Source: Planctomycetota bacterium (GTDB taxonomy: Bacteria > Planctomycetota > JAJSAM01 > JAJVHW01). Taken from it: DNA of 64,000 nucleotides. The notes beneath the pieces are model-generated. The model was given only the letters and a program-made list of their open reading frames with translations. It was not told the origin of the DNA and did not search any database. This document shows, one piece after another, positions 9,771 to 18,166 of this stretch. Position numbers and translations under genes: made by a program. The DNA lies in assembly GCA_965248445.1 (NCBI GenBank), contig CBDFJG010000004.1, positions 352,001 to 416,000 on the forward strand. The letters are read 5' to 3'. Positions within the stretch are counted from its first letter, which is position 1, and every line of letters starts with the position of its first letter.

Positions 9771-11302
9771 GTACCCGTTCAGGGTATGACGATCCGCGGC
9801 CTCAGCGCGTGATCGGGAGCGCGACGAGAGCCGGCGGCGAGCGGTTGTGCGCGAGTGCCGCGCTGACGTCTGCGAGGTAATCGAAGACGCTCTCGCCACG
9901 CTGGCGGAGCGTGGCGGTGACGGTCAGGATGCGCTCGACGAAGCGGAGTCCGCGCTCGCTCTGACTTCCGTGCGTTGCGCGTCTCCACAGGACCGGCTTG
10001 CGCACCGCGCGCTCAGCGGCGTTGTTCGTCGGGGAGACGCCAGGGACGTCGGCGAAGGTCCACAGAGCCTCCGCTCGGTCGAGCAGATGCCGAGTCGTTC
10101 CGCGTACTCGGCGGTGCTTGCTGTCTGCGCCGCGCACGAGCAGCGTCAGGAGTCGGTCCCATGTGAGACGCAGCTCACGCCGCATGCGGTCGCGGTCCCC
10201 GTGCTCGCCGAAGTGACGCTGAGCTCGCATGACAGCCTGGGCGAGACGCACGGCCTGCTTGCCGAAGCGCCGGCCGCCGCGCGAGCCCTCGGCCAGCGCT
10301 CGAAAGTCCCTCTCGAGATGCGCCCAGCAGATCTGGCGGCGCTCGGTGGGATGCTGGTCGTAAGCGCCCATACGGTCGGTCACGAGGACGCCCCTGAAGC
10401 GCTTGCCCACGAGTCGCCGCATGGCCTTGGCGCTCCTGCGCCGATCGATACGATGGACCGTGGCGTGCTCACAGACCGCGCTCCACAGCCAATGCAGCGT
10501 GCCACGACGCGACCACGGTGTCTCGTCTACATAGGCGACGCTGCTCGTGCGTACGGCCCCGAGGGCCTCGATGTGCGCTGAGGAGATGGCTCCCGACACC
10601 CGCTCCTCGATCGCACTGACCGTGCCCGGTGACATCGAGACGCCGATGACGTCACGCAACAGACGACTGGTCTCGCGCCGCGACAGGCGGAAGACGCCGA
10701 CCAGAGCCGCGGTGAGCGCACAGAGTCGCGGGCCGAAGGGACTCGCCGTCACACCGCTTGGCAGCGAGGCAGTGGACGTGGCGCCACAGTCCGTGCACCG
10801 TGCCCGGTGCAACCGGTGCTCGGTCACCTGGATCAGCCGTGGCGGGACCTCGAAGACCTGCTGGCGTGTCGGGGCGCGATCGATCGGGACGAGCACGTCG
10901 CTCCCACACGCGCTGCACTCGCGCGGGCGGTGGTCCTCTACGCCATCGACCTCGGACTCGTCCACGAGCTTGCGCGTCGCCCCTTTGTGGCCGGGCTGCG
11001 CACCCTGGCGCTTGTCCGACGGCGGCTTGCGCCGCCGCCGCTTCTTGGACCACGACGGATCCGAGGACGGTGGGCGCGAGGAGGTGCGGGAGTCCCGGCG
11101 AAGACGGCTCTCGAGATCGTCGATCCGTGCCGCCTGCCGCTCGATCACCTCCGCCTGCTCGGCAATCGTCTCGTCCCGAGCGTCCAGACGACGGGTCAGG
11201 CGCTCGACCAGATCACGCAGCTCATCGGTGCCCACATCCGATTCATCGACCGAACGGAAAGCGATCTGGATCCGAGCTCAGAACCAAGGGCTGAACGGGT
11301 AC
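9771..11302 (-). mobile_element. IS66-family element (single ORF, ISBst12-group-like), copy 1, 1532 bp
   Basis: Terminal inverted repeats GTACCCGTTCAG / CTGAACGGGTAC; perfect 8-bp TSD GCTCGTGG at 9763-9770 and 11303-11310. Confidence 0.97.
9802..11235 (-). CDS. IS66 transposase (TnpC-like)
   Basis: Coiled coil, 'SRTSSRPPSSD', 'GAQPGHKG', Zn finger CxxC...CxxC, DDE motifs 'VDET', 'VTDR', 'QICWAHL', 'TNNAAERAVR'. Confidence 0.96.
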   Translation of the reverse strand: MGTDELRDLVERLTRRLDARDETIAEQAEVIERQAARIDDLESRLRRDSRTSSRPPSSDPSWSKKRRRRKPPSDKRQGAQPGHKGATRKLVDESEVDGVEDHRPRECSACGSDVLVPIDRAPTRQQVFEVPPRLIQVTEHRLHRARCTDCGATSTASLPSGVTASPFGPRLCALTAALVGVFRLSRRETSRLLRDVIGVSMSPGTVSAIEERVSGAISSAHIEALGAVRTSSVAYVDETPWSRRGTLHWLWSAVCEHATVHRIDRRRSAKAMRRLVGKRFRGVLVTDRMGAYDQHPTERRQICWAHLERDFRALAEGSRGGRRFGKQAVRLAQAVMRAQRHFGEHGDRDRMRRELRLTWDRLLTLLVRGADSKHRRVRGTTRHLLDRAEALWTFADVPGVSPTNNAAERAVRKPVLWRRATHGSQSERGLRFVERILTVTATLRQRGESVFDYLADVSAALAHNRSPPALVALPITR

Positions 11303-11428
11303 GCTCGTGGAGGGCATGAGCGGACCGGAGATCGCCGAGCGAACGGGCCTGACGCCCGGCTCGGTACGCGTGAACCTGCACCGCGGCATGCAGATGCTGC
11401 GCGCGCAACTCCACGCTGGAGGTGCCCA

Positions 11429-12439
11429 ATGACCGACGACAGTCCCTTGAACGACGACTACCTGTGGGACAAGAGCGGCGAACCCGATCCCGACGTCGCG
11501 CGTCTCGAGGAGCAACTCGGGACGATGCGCTACGACCGCGCTGCGCCTGACCTCCGGAAGCCGCGCCGCATCTGGCCGTGGGTTGCCGCGGCGGCGGCGG
11601 TGCTGGTCGGCGTCGCGTACTTCGCCGACCGCGGAGTCGACCCGCCTGCCGGCGAGGCGGGGGAGGAGACTGCGCACCAGTCGGCCGAGTCGTCTGCGGA
11701 GACGTGGTCTTGTCAGGTAACCGACCTGTCGACACCGGAGGGGACGATCTCGAAGCGCCAGATCGGTGTGGGTGAGTGGATCGAGACGGGTGCTGCCGAC
11801 CGTGTGGAATTGACAGTCGCCGACATCGGGACGCTGAACGTTCTGCCCGACTCGCGCGTCGGACTCGTCCGCACGGGGCAGGACGAGCATCGAGTCCGTC
11901 TGGACCGCGGCGCGATCCACGCCGTCGTCGACGCCCCCCCCCGCCTCTTCGTGGTCGAGACCCCCGCGGCCGACGCCGTCGACCTCGGGTGCGAGTACAC
12001 GCTGGCTGTCGACAAAGAGGGCAACGGCACCCTGGAGGTCGCAACGGGTTCGGTGTCGCTCGAGCGCGGAGGTCGCACGTCGACCGTCCCGGAGGGCGCC
12101 GTCTGTGCGATCAGCGCGGCCACCGGACCCGGAACGCCGCATTTCCCGGGCGCTGCGGACGAGTTCACCAGCGCGGTCGCGCGCATCGACGGCGGCACGT
12201 GCGGCTCTTCCGACGTTGCAACGGTGTTGCGTACAGCACGCAAACAAGACACGCTCACGCTCTGGCACTTGCTCTCACAGGTTGAAGGCGAGGAGCGTGC
12301 GCTGGTGCACGACCGCATGGTGTCTCTCGCTCCGCCGCCGGACGCGTGCACGCGTGAAGGCGCGTTGAGGCTCGACGAGGACATGCTCGAAGCGTGGTTC
12401 GAGGAACTGCGCTTTACCGCGTTCGACTGGCGGCGTTAA
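11429..12439 (+). CDS. FecR-domain anti-sigma factor
   Basis: Coupled to the sigma gene by ATGA overlap; N-terminal 'DDYLWDKSGEPD', single TM, FecR-like 'LDRGAIHA...FVVETP...DLGCEY...LEVATGSV'. Confidence 0.85.
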   Translation: MTDDSPLNDDYLWDKSGEPDPDVARLEEQLGTMRYDRAAPDLRKPRRIWPWVAAAAAVLVGVAYFADRGVDPPAGEAGEETAHQSAESSAETWSCQVTDLSTPEGTISKRQIGVGEWIETGAADRVELTVADIGTLNVLPDSRVGLVRTGQDEHRVRLDRGAIHAVVDAPPRLFVVETPAADAVDLGCEYTLAVDKEGNGTLEVATGSVSLERGGRTSTVPEGAVCAISAATGPGTPHFPGAADEFTSAVARIDGGTCGSSDVATVLRTARKQDTLTLWHLLSQVEGEERALVHDRMVSLAPPPDACTREGALRLDEDMLEAWFEELRFTAFDWRR

Positions 12440-12495
12440 CGGCGCCGCGGGTTCGCGCGTCCATTCTCCCGACACACGAACACCGGGAGATCCTC

Positions 12496-13860
12496 ATGCA
12501 ACGCCGCGCACTCGTCCTCGTTCCGCTCGTCGCCGCCGCCGCCGCCCTGACGTTCAGCGCGTCCGCGCCGCGTTGTGACGCAGGGGGCAACCACACGGGC
12601 CACTGGGACCGCAAAACACATGTGGCGCACGAGTGGGGCATGTTCACGAGCGTTCAGGGTGCCGACGGCGTCGTGCTCGAGGGGCTGCGCCACGAGGAGC
12701 GCGATCTGCCTTCGTTCGTGCACGACCTGCGCGAGTCGGTCGGGGTGACCGGCGTGTCTCCCAAGATGGAGACGCCGGTGATCTACTTCTACTCACCGGA
12801 CGACCGCCGCGTGAACGTGAGGGTCGGATTCCCGCACGGCGTGATCACGCAATGGTATCCCGCGGCGAGCATAGCGAACCACGTGGGTCCGCTGTACGCG
12901 GGTCAGCCTACCGAGCCGAACGGCGACGTCATCGAGGACCTGTCCGACGGGTTCATCCGGTGGGGCCAGTGGCAGGACCTCCTGGTGATGGGGCGGGATG
13001 CAGATCAGAAGGTGCTCCCCGTTGCGGATGACGATCCGTGGCGGTTCTCTCGACAGGTCGACGCCAACCTATTGCGCACGTGCAACCACAACCTCGCGTT
13101 GCGCAAGATCGCGCCGAAGACGCGGGTGACAGAGATGTCATTCGAGTACGAGCGGATGCTGTTCTATCGGGGGCTCGGCGACTTCGCGCTGCCGCTGCAG
13201 GGCCGCGTCACTCGCGAGGACGTTGAGATCGACCGTGCCCTCGTGCGGATCGAGTTCACGAACACGCGACCCGAGGAGCCGATCGAACACGTGTTCGTCG
13301 TTCACGTCGAGGACGGGCGCGCCGGCTTCGAGTACCTGCCCCGCATCGTGGGTGAGGCGGTCGTCGCTGCCGACATCGAGCGCCTCCCGCTCGCCACGTC
13401 GACCGAAGTGCTGGTCCGGCAGCTCGCCGAGAAGCTGACCGCGACCGGGCTCTACGAGGACGAGGCACTCGCCATGGCGCGGACCTGGCAGGAGGGGTAC
13501 TTCAACGACGAGGGGCTGCGCGTCCTGTACGTGTTGCCCCGGGCGCTCATCGATCGCGAACTGCCTCTGACGGTGCGCGATGTGTCTCGTGACGGAAAGC
13601 GGCCTGCCGAGTTCGAGGTGGTCCGCACGTTCGTCGGCCGCACGGAACTGCTCTCGCCGTCCCGCGAATCGCGCATGGAACGGGCGGTGCAGGACTTCGC
13701 CCTTGGCAATGAACTGGAGCGCGCGTCGGCTGAGCGCACGCTGGACAGTTGGGGGCGCTTCGCAATCCCGTACCTGAGCCGCATCGCCGCCATGACGTCC
13801 GACGACTCCGTGCGAACGTCGGCGAAGGACCGGCTGGACGCCTTGGCACTACGCCGCTGA
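12496..13860 (+). CDS. Conserved hypothetical exported protein
   Basis: Signal peptide; motifs 'HEWGMFTS', 'KMETPVIYFY', 'GLYEDEALAMARTW'; host-like codon usage. Confidence 0.8.
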   Translation: MQRRALVLVPLVAAAAALTFSASAPRCDAGGNHTGHWDRKTHVAHEWGMFTSVQGADGVVLEGLRHEERDLPSFVHDLRESVGVTGVSPKMETPVIYFYSPDDRRVNVRVGFPHGVITQWYPAASIANHVGPLYAGQPTEPNGDVIEDLSDGFIRWGQWQDLLVMGRDADQKVLPVADDDPWRFSRQVDANLLRTCNHNLALRKIAPKTRVTEMSFEYERMLFYRGLGDFALPLQGRVTREDVEIDRALVRIEFTNTRPEEPIEHVFVVHVEDGRAGFEYLPRIVGEAVVAADIERLPLATSTEVLVRQLAEKLTATGLYEDEALAMARTWQEGYFNDEGLRVLYVLPRALIDRELPLTVRDVSRDGKRPAEFEVVRTFVGRTELLSPSRESRMERAVQDFALGNELERASAERTLDSWGRFAIPYLSRIAAMTSDDSVRTSAKDRLDALALRR

Positions 13861-13908
13861 ACTTCCGGCCGGGCATCGTAACGGCGGCGGCGATACGCTG
13901 GCGCCGAC

Positions 13909-14301
13909 ATGACGAAGCCGAGAGTCTGCGAGGCATCACCGATCCACTTCGTGCAGGACGTGCCGGCGGCGCTCGCGTGGTACCGCGACATCCTGGGCCT
14001 GGGCGTCGCGTTCGCGTGGCCGAACGAGGAGCAGCCCGCGTATGCCGGAGTGTGTTGCGGCAAGTCGCAGATCCACCTCTGCGGCCCGCGTGAGTGGCAT
14101 CCGCCCGAACGCACGTACTCCGAGTCGTACGTCTTCGTCGAGGGCGTGGATGCGCTGGCCGCCGAGATCAAGTCGCGCGGCGGGACGCTCGAGCAGGAGC
14201 CGACCACGTTTCCATACGAGATGCGGGAACTCACGATCCGTGATCCGGACGGAAATCGCATCACGTTCGGAGCCTCGACAGCGGCCAAGGAGGCCGAGTG
14301 A
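13909..14301 (+). CDS. VOC / glyoxalase-bleomycin resistance family protein
   Basis: 'VQDVPAALAWYRDILG', 'YEMRELTIRDPDGNRITFG'. Confidence 0.9.
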   Translation: MTKPRVCEASPIHFVQDVPAALAWYRDILGLGVAFAWPNEEQPAYAGVCCGKSQIHLCGPREWHPPERTYSESYVFVEGVDALAAEIKSRGGTLEQEPTTFPYEMRELTIRDPDGNRITFGASTAAKEAE

Positions 14302-14888
14302 GCGACGCCGAGCGCATCGCCTGGATCTCGGTCTCGCCCGGTGACGCCGAGACCGCGGCAACAATCGGCGACGCCTTCGAGCGCCTGGGCGTGCCTCGCG
14401 ACGGCGCCGGTCTCGACCACATCCTGCGCGTCCACGCGGAGATGCCGCGCACGCTCGACGAACATCTGGCGTTCTACCGTGGGATCATGCGCGAGCCCGG
14501 TCCACTCACGCGCATCGAACGCGAGATCGTGGGCATCGCGGTGTCGGTGCGCAACCAGTGTCTCTATTGAGTCGACCACCACGCGGCCGGTCTGGCCGCG
14601 CTGAGCAGCGAGACCCGCGGAGCGGACTTCGCCCCGTCGGTGGTGCAGGACGTCAATGCGGCGGCGCTCACGCCTCGTGAACGCGCGCTCGTCGACTACG
14701 CGCTGCTGCTGAACGACCGGCCCGCTGCGATCGCCGAGGACGACATCCAGGAACTCCGCGCGGCCGGCCTGACCGACGCGGAGATCCTGCACGTGAACCT
14801 CGTCGTCGGGTACTTCGCGTTCGCGAACCGCCTGACGCTCGGACTCGGCGTGACCCTCGAGCCTCGCGAGCATCCGCTGGGTGAGTGA
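14298..14888 (+). CDS. AhpD/CMD-like peroxidase-related enzyme, probable selenoprotein (Sec at TGA 14568-14570)
   Basis: ORFs 14298-14570 and 14640-14888 are in the same frame and separated only by TGA. Read-through gives 'VSVRNQCLY-U-VDHH', the family CxxC-x3-H motif, and a 196-aa product ending 'VVGYFAFANRL'. Confidence 0.88.
14582..14600 (+). promoter_or_regulatory. Putative bacterial SECIS hairpin
   Basis: CGCGGCC-GGTCT-GGCCGCG is a perfect 7-bp stem starting 11 nt after the UGA; its GGUCU loop resembles the E. coli fdhF SECIS apical loop. Confidence 0.8.
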
Positions 14889-14899
14889 GCGGCATCCGC

Positions 14900-15244
14900 C
14901 TACGCGCGGCGGAAGACGGCGGAACCGGCCAGGATCGAGGCCCAGGCCGGGAGCGTCTCACCGGCGTCGTCGGTGTTGCGGGCGAGGTGCCACAGCACGC
15001 GGATCTCGTCCCCGCCCGCTCCCTCCGTGCGGCGGCCGGTCCAGGACGTCACGGAGCCGTGTTCTCCGAACTGGGCGACGATCCCGATCAGGTCCTCGTG
15101 CGCGAACCCCGTGACAGCGAACTGCTCGGCGGCATCGGGCCGTCCGACCTGGGTCCGGTAGACGCCGCTGACGCGCCCGCCGTCGACCGAGATCTCCATC
15201 TCGGAGCCCAGTTCGTTCCGCCAGCGTCCGTCCCACGTGCTCAT
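14900..15244 (-). CDS. Avidin/streptavidin family protein
   Basis: '[11 protein letters not shown]', 'SGVYRT', 'SVTSWTG', 'LWHL', 'AWASILAG..F' follow the avidin barrel pattern. Confidence 0.88.
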   Translation of the reverse strand: MSTWDGRWRNELGSEMEISVDGGRVSGVYRTQVGRPDAAEQFAVTGFAHEDLIGIVAQFGEHGSVTSWTGRRTEGAGGDEIRVLWHLARNTDDAGETLPAWASILAGSAVFRRA

Positions 15245-15284
15245 CTCGTCACGCAGGCTAGCCGGTCGCACTACATTCGGAGGC

Positions 15285-15758
15285 ATGCCGGGGCGCTACG
15301 AGCAGGAGACCATCGAGAACTGGGTGGGGGACTTCCTGTCTGGACCGCGCGCGAACCGCCACGTCGGCGGCGTGCGCGAGTACGCGAGCCAGTTGCTGGT
15401 CACGCTGCTCGCCGCGGCCTGCGACCACGGCGGCTCGGCTCTCGGAGAACTCGAGGAAGAGGACTTGCGCGCGGCGCTGCTCGGGCTAGTGGCGCGGCTC
15501 GATCTGCCGGGCTCGGTGCGAGACGCAGTGCCCGCACTCGCCGCGGACTGCCTCGAACAACTGCAGGAGGAGGGGCGTCTCGCTGGTGGCCGCGCGCTCG
15601 GCAGCTACGTACGGGCGCTGGCCCCGGCGTTTCGCGAAGCCGCCGGCGGTCCGCAGAAGCCGGTGCGGCGGCCCTCCGCGAAAGTCAGCCCGAACGACCC
15701 GTGTCCGTGCGGCAGCGGCCGCAAGTTCAAGAAGTGCTGCGCGGGCCTGCTCGGCTAG
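15285..15758 (+). CDS. SEC-C metal-binding motif protein
   Basis: C-terminal '[20 protein letters not shown]'; GGAGG RBS before the ATG at 15285. Confidence 0.88.
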   Translation: MPGRYEQETIENWVGDFLSGPRANRHVGGVREYASQLLVTLLAAACDHGGSALGELEEEDLRAALLGLVARLDLPGSVRDAVPALAADCLEQLQEEGRLAGGRALGSYVRALAPAFREAAGGPQKPVRRPSAKVSPNDPCPCGSGRKFKKCCAGLLG

Positions 15759-15763
15759 CAGCG

Positions 15764-16243
15764 CTACTCGTGCGGTGAGAAGTCGGGCCCGCGCGGGAAG
15801 CGCTGGATCCACTCTTGCTCCACGATCTTGACCTTGCTCCACGAGAACCCGTTGGGGCCGAACAGAGCCGCCGTCGTGAACGCGCGGCGGGTGCGCTCGT
15901 TGTCGATCAGCCAGACCGTCTTCTCTCCGTGGACTCGCACGATTTCGGTGCCCATGCCCAGCCGTTCGCCGACCCAGCTGTCGGGGATCTCCGCGACGTG
16001 CGCAATGCCGCCCCAGCCGGAGAACATGCGCGTGTACGCCGGGTAGGTGACGTGTCGCAGGATGCCGCGATCGACGACGTACACGGCGGTGTTGTCGAGG
16101 GTCTTGACCCGCTGACCATTCACGAGTTCCAGGTGGATGCCGCGGGCGCCGTCCGGCTCGGCGGTGGCGGGGCTGGGGCCGCCGAGACACAGGCCCAGCC
16201 CCAGGCCGAGTGCGAGGAAGAGAGCGGTGCGCGTGCTGGTCAT
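15764..16243 (-). CDS. Hypothetical secreted protein with two tandem ~55-aa repeats
   Basis: Signal peptide; repeats 'VKTLDNTAVYVVDRGILRHV..F..W' and 'VRVHGEKTVWLIDNERTRRAF..F..W'; GGAGG RBS. Confidence 0.75.
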   Translation of the reverse strand: MTSTRTALFLALGLGLGLCLGGPSPATAEPDGARGIHLELVNGQRVKTLDNTAVYVVDRGILRHVTYPAYTRMFSGWGGIAHVAEIPDSWVGERLGMGTEIVRVHGEKTVWLIDNERTRRAFTTAALFGPNGFSWSKVKIVEQEWIQRFPRGPDFSPHE

Positions 16244-16327
16244 GTCGTGCCTCCGGTTGCTCGTCGCCGTCCACAGACTACAACGAACGAGCGGCCCGAT
16301 CGTTTGCAGCCGACTTAGACTCTCCTC

Positions 16328-17245
16328 GTGACGGACTCGGAGGCCTCTCGGCGACGCCGGACGTGGTTCGCTTTCGCCCTCATGGTGATCGCGACCGCGG
16401 CGTTCTGGACGAGCATGGATCTCATCGCCGTGCACGTCGTCAAGACGAAGACCGGCCCGATGTACACGAACACCTGGAGCTCGGACGCCAGGGGCTGGAG
16501 CGTCGCGCTGAGGTACGAACCAGCGTGGCCGGCGAACGTCGAGCTGGCTCTCGCGCCGATCCTGTGGCTCTGGGCGCTCTGGCTGCGCGCGCCCAAGGCG
16601 CGCTTCATCGGAGCGCTGCTCTCGACGTTTGCAGTGATGGTGCAGGCAATCTGCGCCGAAACCGGTCGCCACGAAGGCGTGACTGAGTTCTACGCCGGCT
16701 ACTGGGTGTGGCTTGGATCGGGCGTGCTGACAGTGGTCGCGTTCGCGGTGCTGCCCGAGCCGCACGCGATCCCCGGCGGGGAACCGCTCCCTCGCGAGGT
16801 CGTGCTCTCCGCCCGGCGACGCTTTGCGCTCCTCCTCGCGCTGATCGGAACGGCGTTCGTCGTCTCGACGCAGTTCCTCTGGACCGCGGCGAGTCCGCTC
16901 GACGTCGTAGTGGTTCCGGTCTCGAGGGGTTGTCCCGTGCCCACAGTATTCGTCGCGTTCGGGACGCTGACGGGAGCGTGCCTTGCAACGGGTCTGCTGT
17001 CAGCGCCGATCCTGTTCGCATGGGCTGCGCGACGACGCGCTCGCTGGGCGCAGATCGCAGGCGTCACGCTCTGCGCTGCACTCGTCATCGCGCAGGCGGT
17101 GCTCATGCCGCGGGGCTACTGGCCCCGTGGATGGACGGACGAGGCGACGCCGCAACTCATGCACTGGTACGCGGCGCCGGTGCTGCTCTGCATCGCGCTC
17201 GCGTTGCTGCCGATCAGTCGAGTCGGAGACGCTACGCGTCGGTGA
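16328..17245 (+). CDS. Hypothetical multi-pass membrane protein
   Basis: About 8 hydrophobic segments; fills the gap between neighbours. Confidence 0.6.
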   Translation: MTDSEASRRRRTWFAFALMVIATAAFWTSMDLIAVHVVKTKTGPMYTNTWSSDARGWSVALRYEPAWPANVELALAPILWLWALWLRAPKARFIGALLSTFAVMVQAICAETGRHEGVTEFYAGYWVWLGSGVLTVVAFAVLPEPHAIPGGEPLPREVVLSARRRFALLLALIGTAFVVSTQFLWTAASPLDVVVVPVSRGCPVPTVFVAFGTLTGACLATGLLSAPILFAWAARRRARWAQIAGVTLCAALVIAQAVLMPRGYWPRGWTDEATPQLMHWYAAPVLLCIALALLPISRVGDATRR

Positions 17246-18038
17246 TAGGGAGTTCGAGTGTCCCTTCGATGACAGTCACGGCATGGCCGGTCAGCAGCAC
17301 GCGGTTGCCGCGCACCTCGCACGTGAGTTCGCCGCCGCGGGCGGAGAGTTGGCGTGCGTGCATCCGGGACTTGCCGAGCCGTTCGGACCAGAACGGTGCG
17401 AGCGAGCAGTGCGCGGACCCCGTGACCGGGTCCTCCGGCACGCCGACCGCCGGCGCGAAGAAGCGTGAAACGAAGTCGCAGTCACGTCCGGGGGCTGTGA
17501 CCATCAGGTAGTCGCGGTCCAGCTCGAGTACGCGCATGGGGTCGGGTACGGCTGCGCGGACGGCATCGTCGTCTGCGACGACTGCCACGTAGGCGAAGTG
17601 GTTCGCGTGGAGTTCGAGCATGCCGATTCCGACGACGTCCGCGATGCGCGGATCGACGCTCTCAGCGACGACCGGGCGAGCCGGGAGGTCCATGACCATC
17701 CCGCCAGCCGGGGAGCGGCTGACAGTGAGCACACCGCTCTCTCGCGTCAAGAACGACAGATCGTCCCGGCCCGCGTCGCGTCCGCCGAACAGGACGTGCG
17801 CTGTCGCGAGCGTGGCGTGGCCGCAGAGCGGCACTTCGGCGCCGGGCGTGAACCACCGGAGTTCATAGCAGCCGGTGCCGGCAGGCACCGCGAACGCGGT
17901 CTCGGACAGGTTGTTCTCCGCGGCGACGCTCTGCAGCAGCGCATCGTCCGGCCAACCCGAAAGCTGAACCACGGCGGCGGGGTTGCCCGCGAACGGCTCC
18001 GTCGTGAACGCATCGACTTGATGAAGGGGCACGCGCAT
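17232..18038 (-). CDS. PhzF family isomerase/epimerase
   Basis: 'QVDAFT..PFAGNPAAV', 'NLSETAF', 'EVPLCGHATLA', 'EDPVTGSAH'. Confidence 0.95.
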   Translation of the reverse strand: MRVPLHQVDAFTTEPFAGNPAAVVQLSGWPDDALLQSVAAENNLSETAFAVPAGTGCYELRWFTPGAEVPLCGHATLATAHVLFGGRDAGRDDLSFLTRESGVLTVSRSPAGGMVMDLPARPVVAESVDPRIADVVGIGMLELHANHFAYVAVVADDDAVRAAVPDPMRVLELDRDYLMVTAPGRDCDFVSRFFAPAVGVPEDPVTGSAHCSLAPFWSERLGKSRMHARQLSARGGELTCEVRGNRVLLTGHAVTVIEGTLELPITDA

Positions 18039-18166
18039 GGCCGGAGCATAGCCGGGCGGACTCGGAGTCACGGCGCGCGCAACCCGGGTCATACTGGTCG
18101 TGGACAGAGAGAGACCGCCGGGTCCGCAGCGGGGGCGAAGCCGGCACCACCAGACAGGGGAGTGAG

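Larger units (their letters stand above)
9368..11432 (+). pseudogene. ECF RNA polymerase sigma factor interrupted by IS66
   Basis: Region 2 'AEDVVQDVFMKA...WLCRVARN' at 9368-9770; region 4 'EGMSGPEIAERTGLTPGSVRVNLHRG' resumes after 11310; stop at 11430-11432 overlaps the anti-sigma ATG. Start is uncertain (9350 or 9368). Confidence 0.92.

Noticed and set aside
10547..12439. 630-aa ORF that looks like a novel FecR fusion
   Set aside because: Its first ~290 codons are antisense IS66 and off-frame sigma sequence; the real gene starts at 11429.
14568..14570. TGA as a nonsense mutation or alternative genetic code
   Set aside because: Many other genes here end in TGA, so the code is standard. The catalytic-Cys position and SECIS-like hairpin favour Sec.
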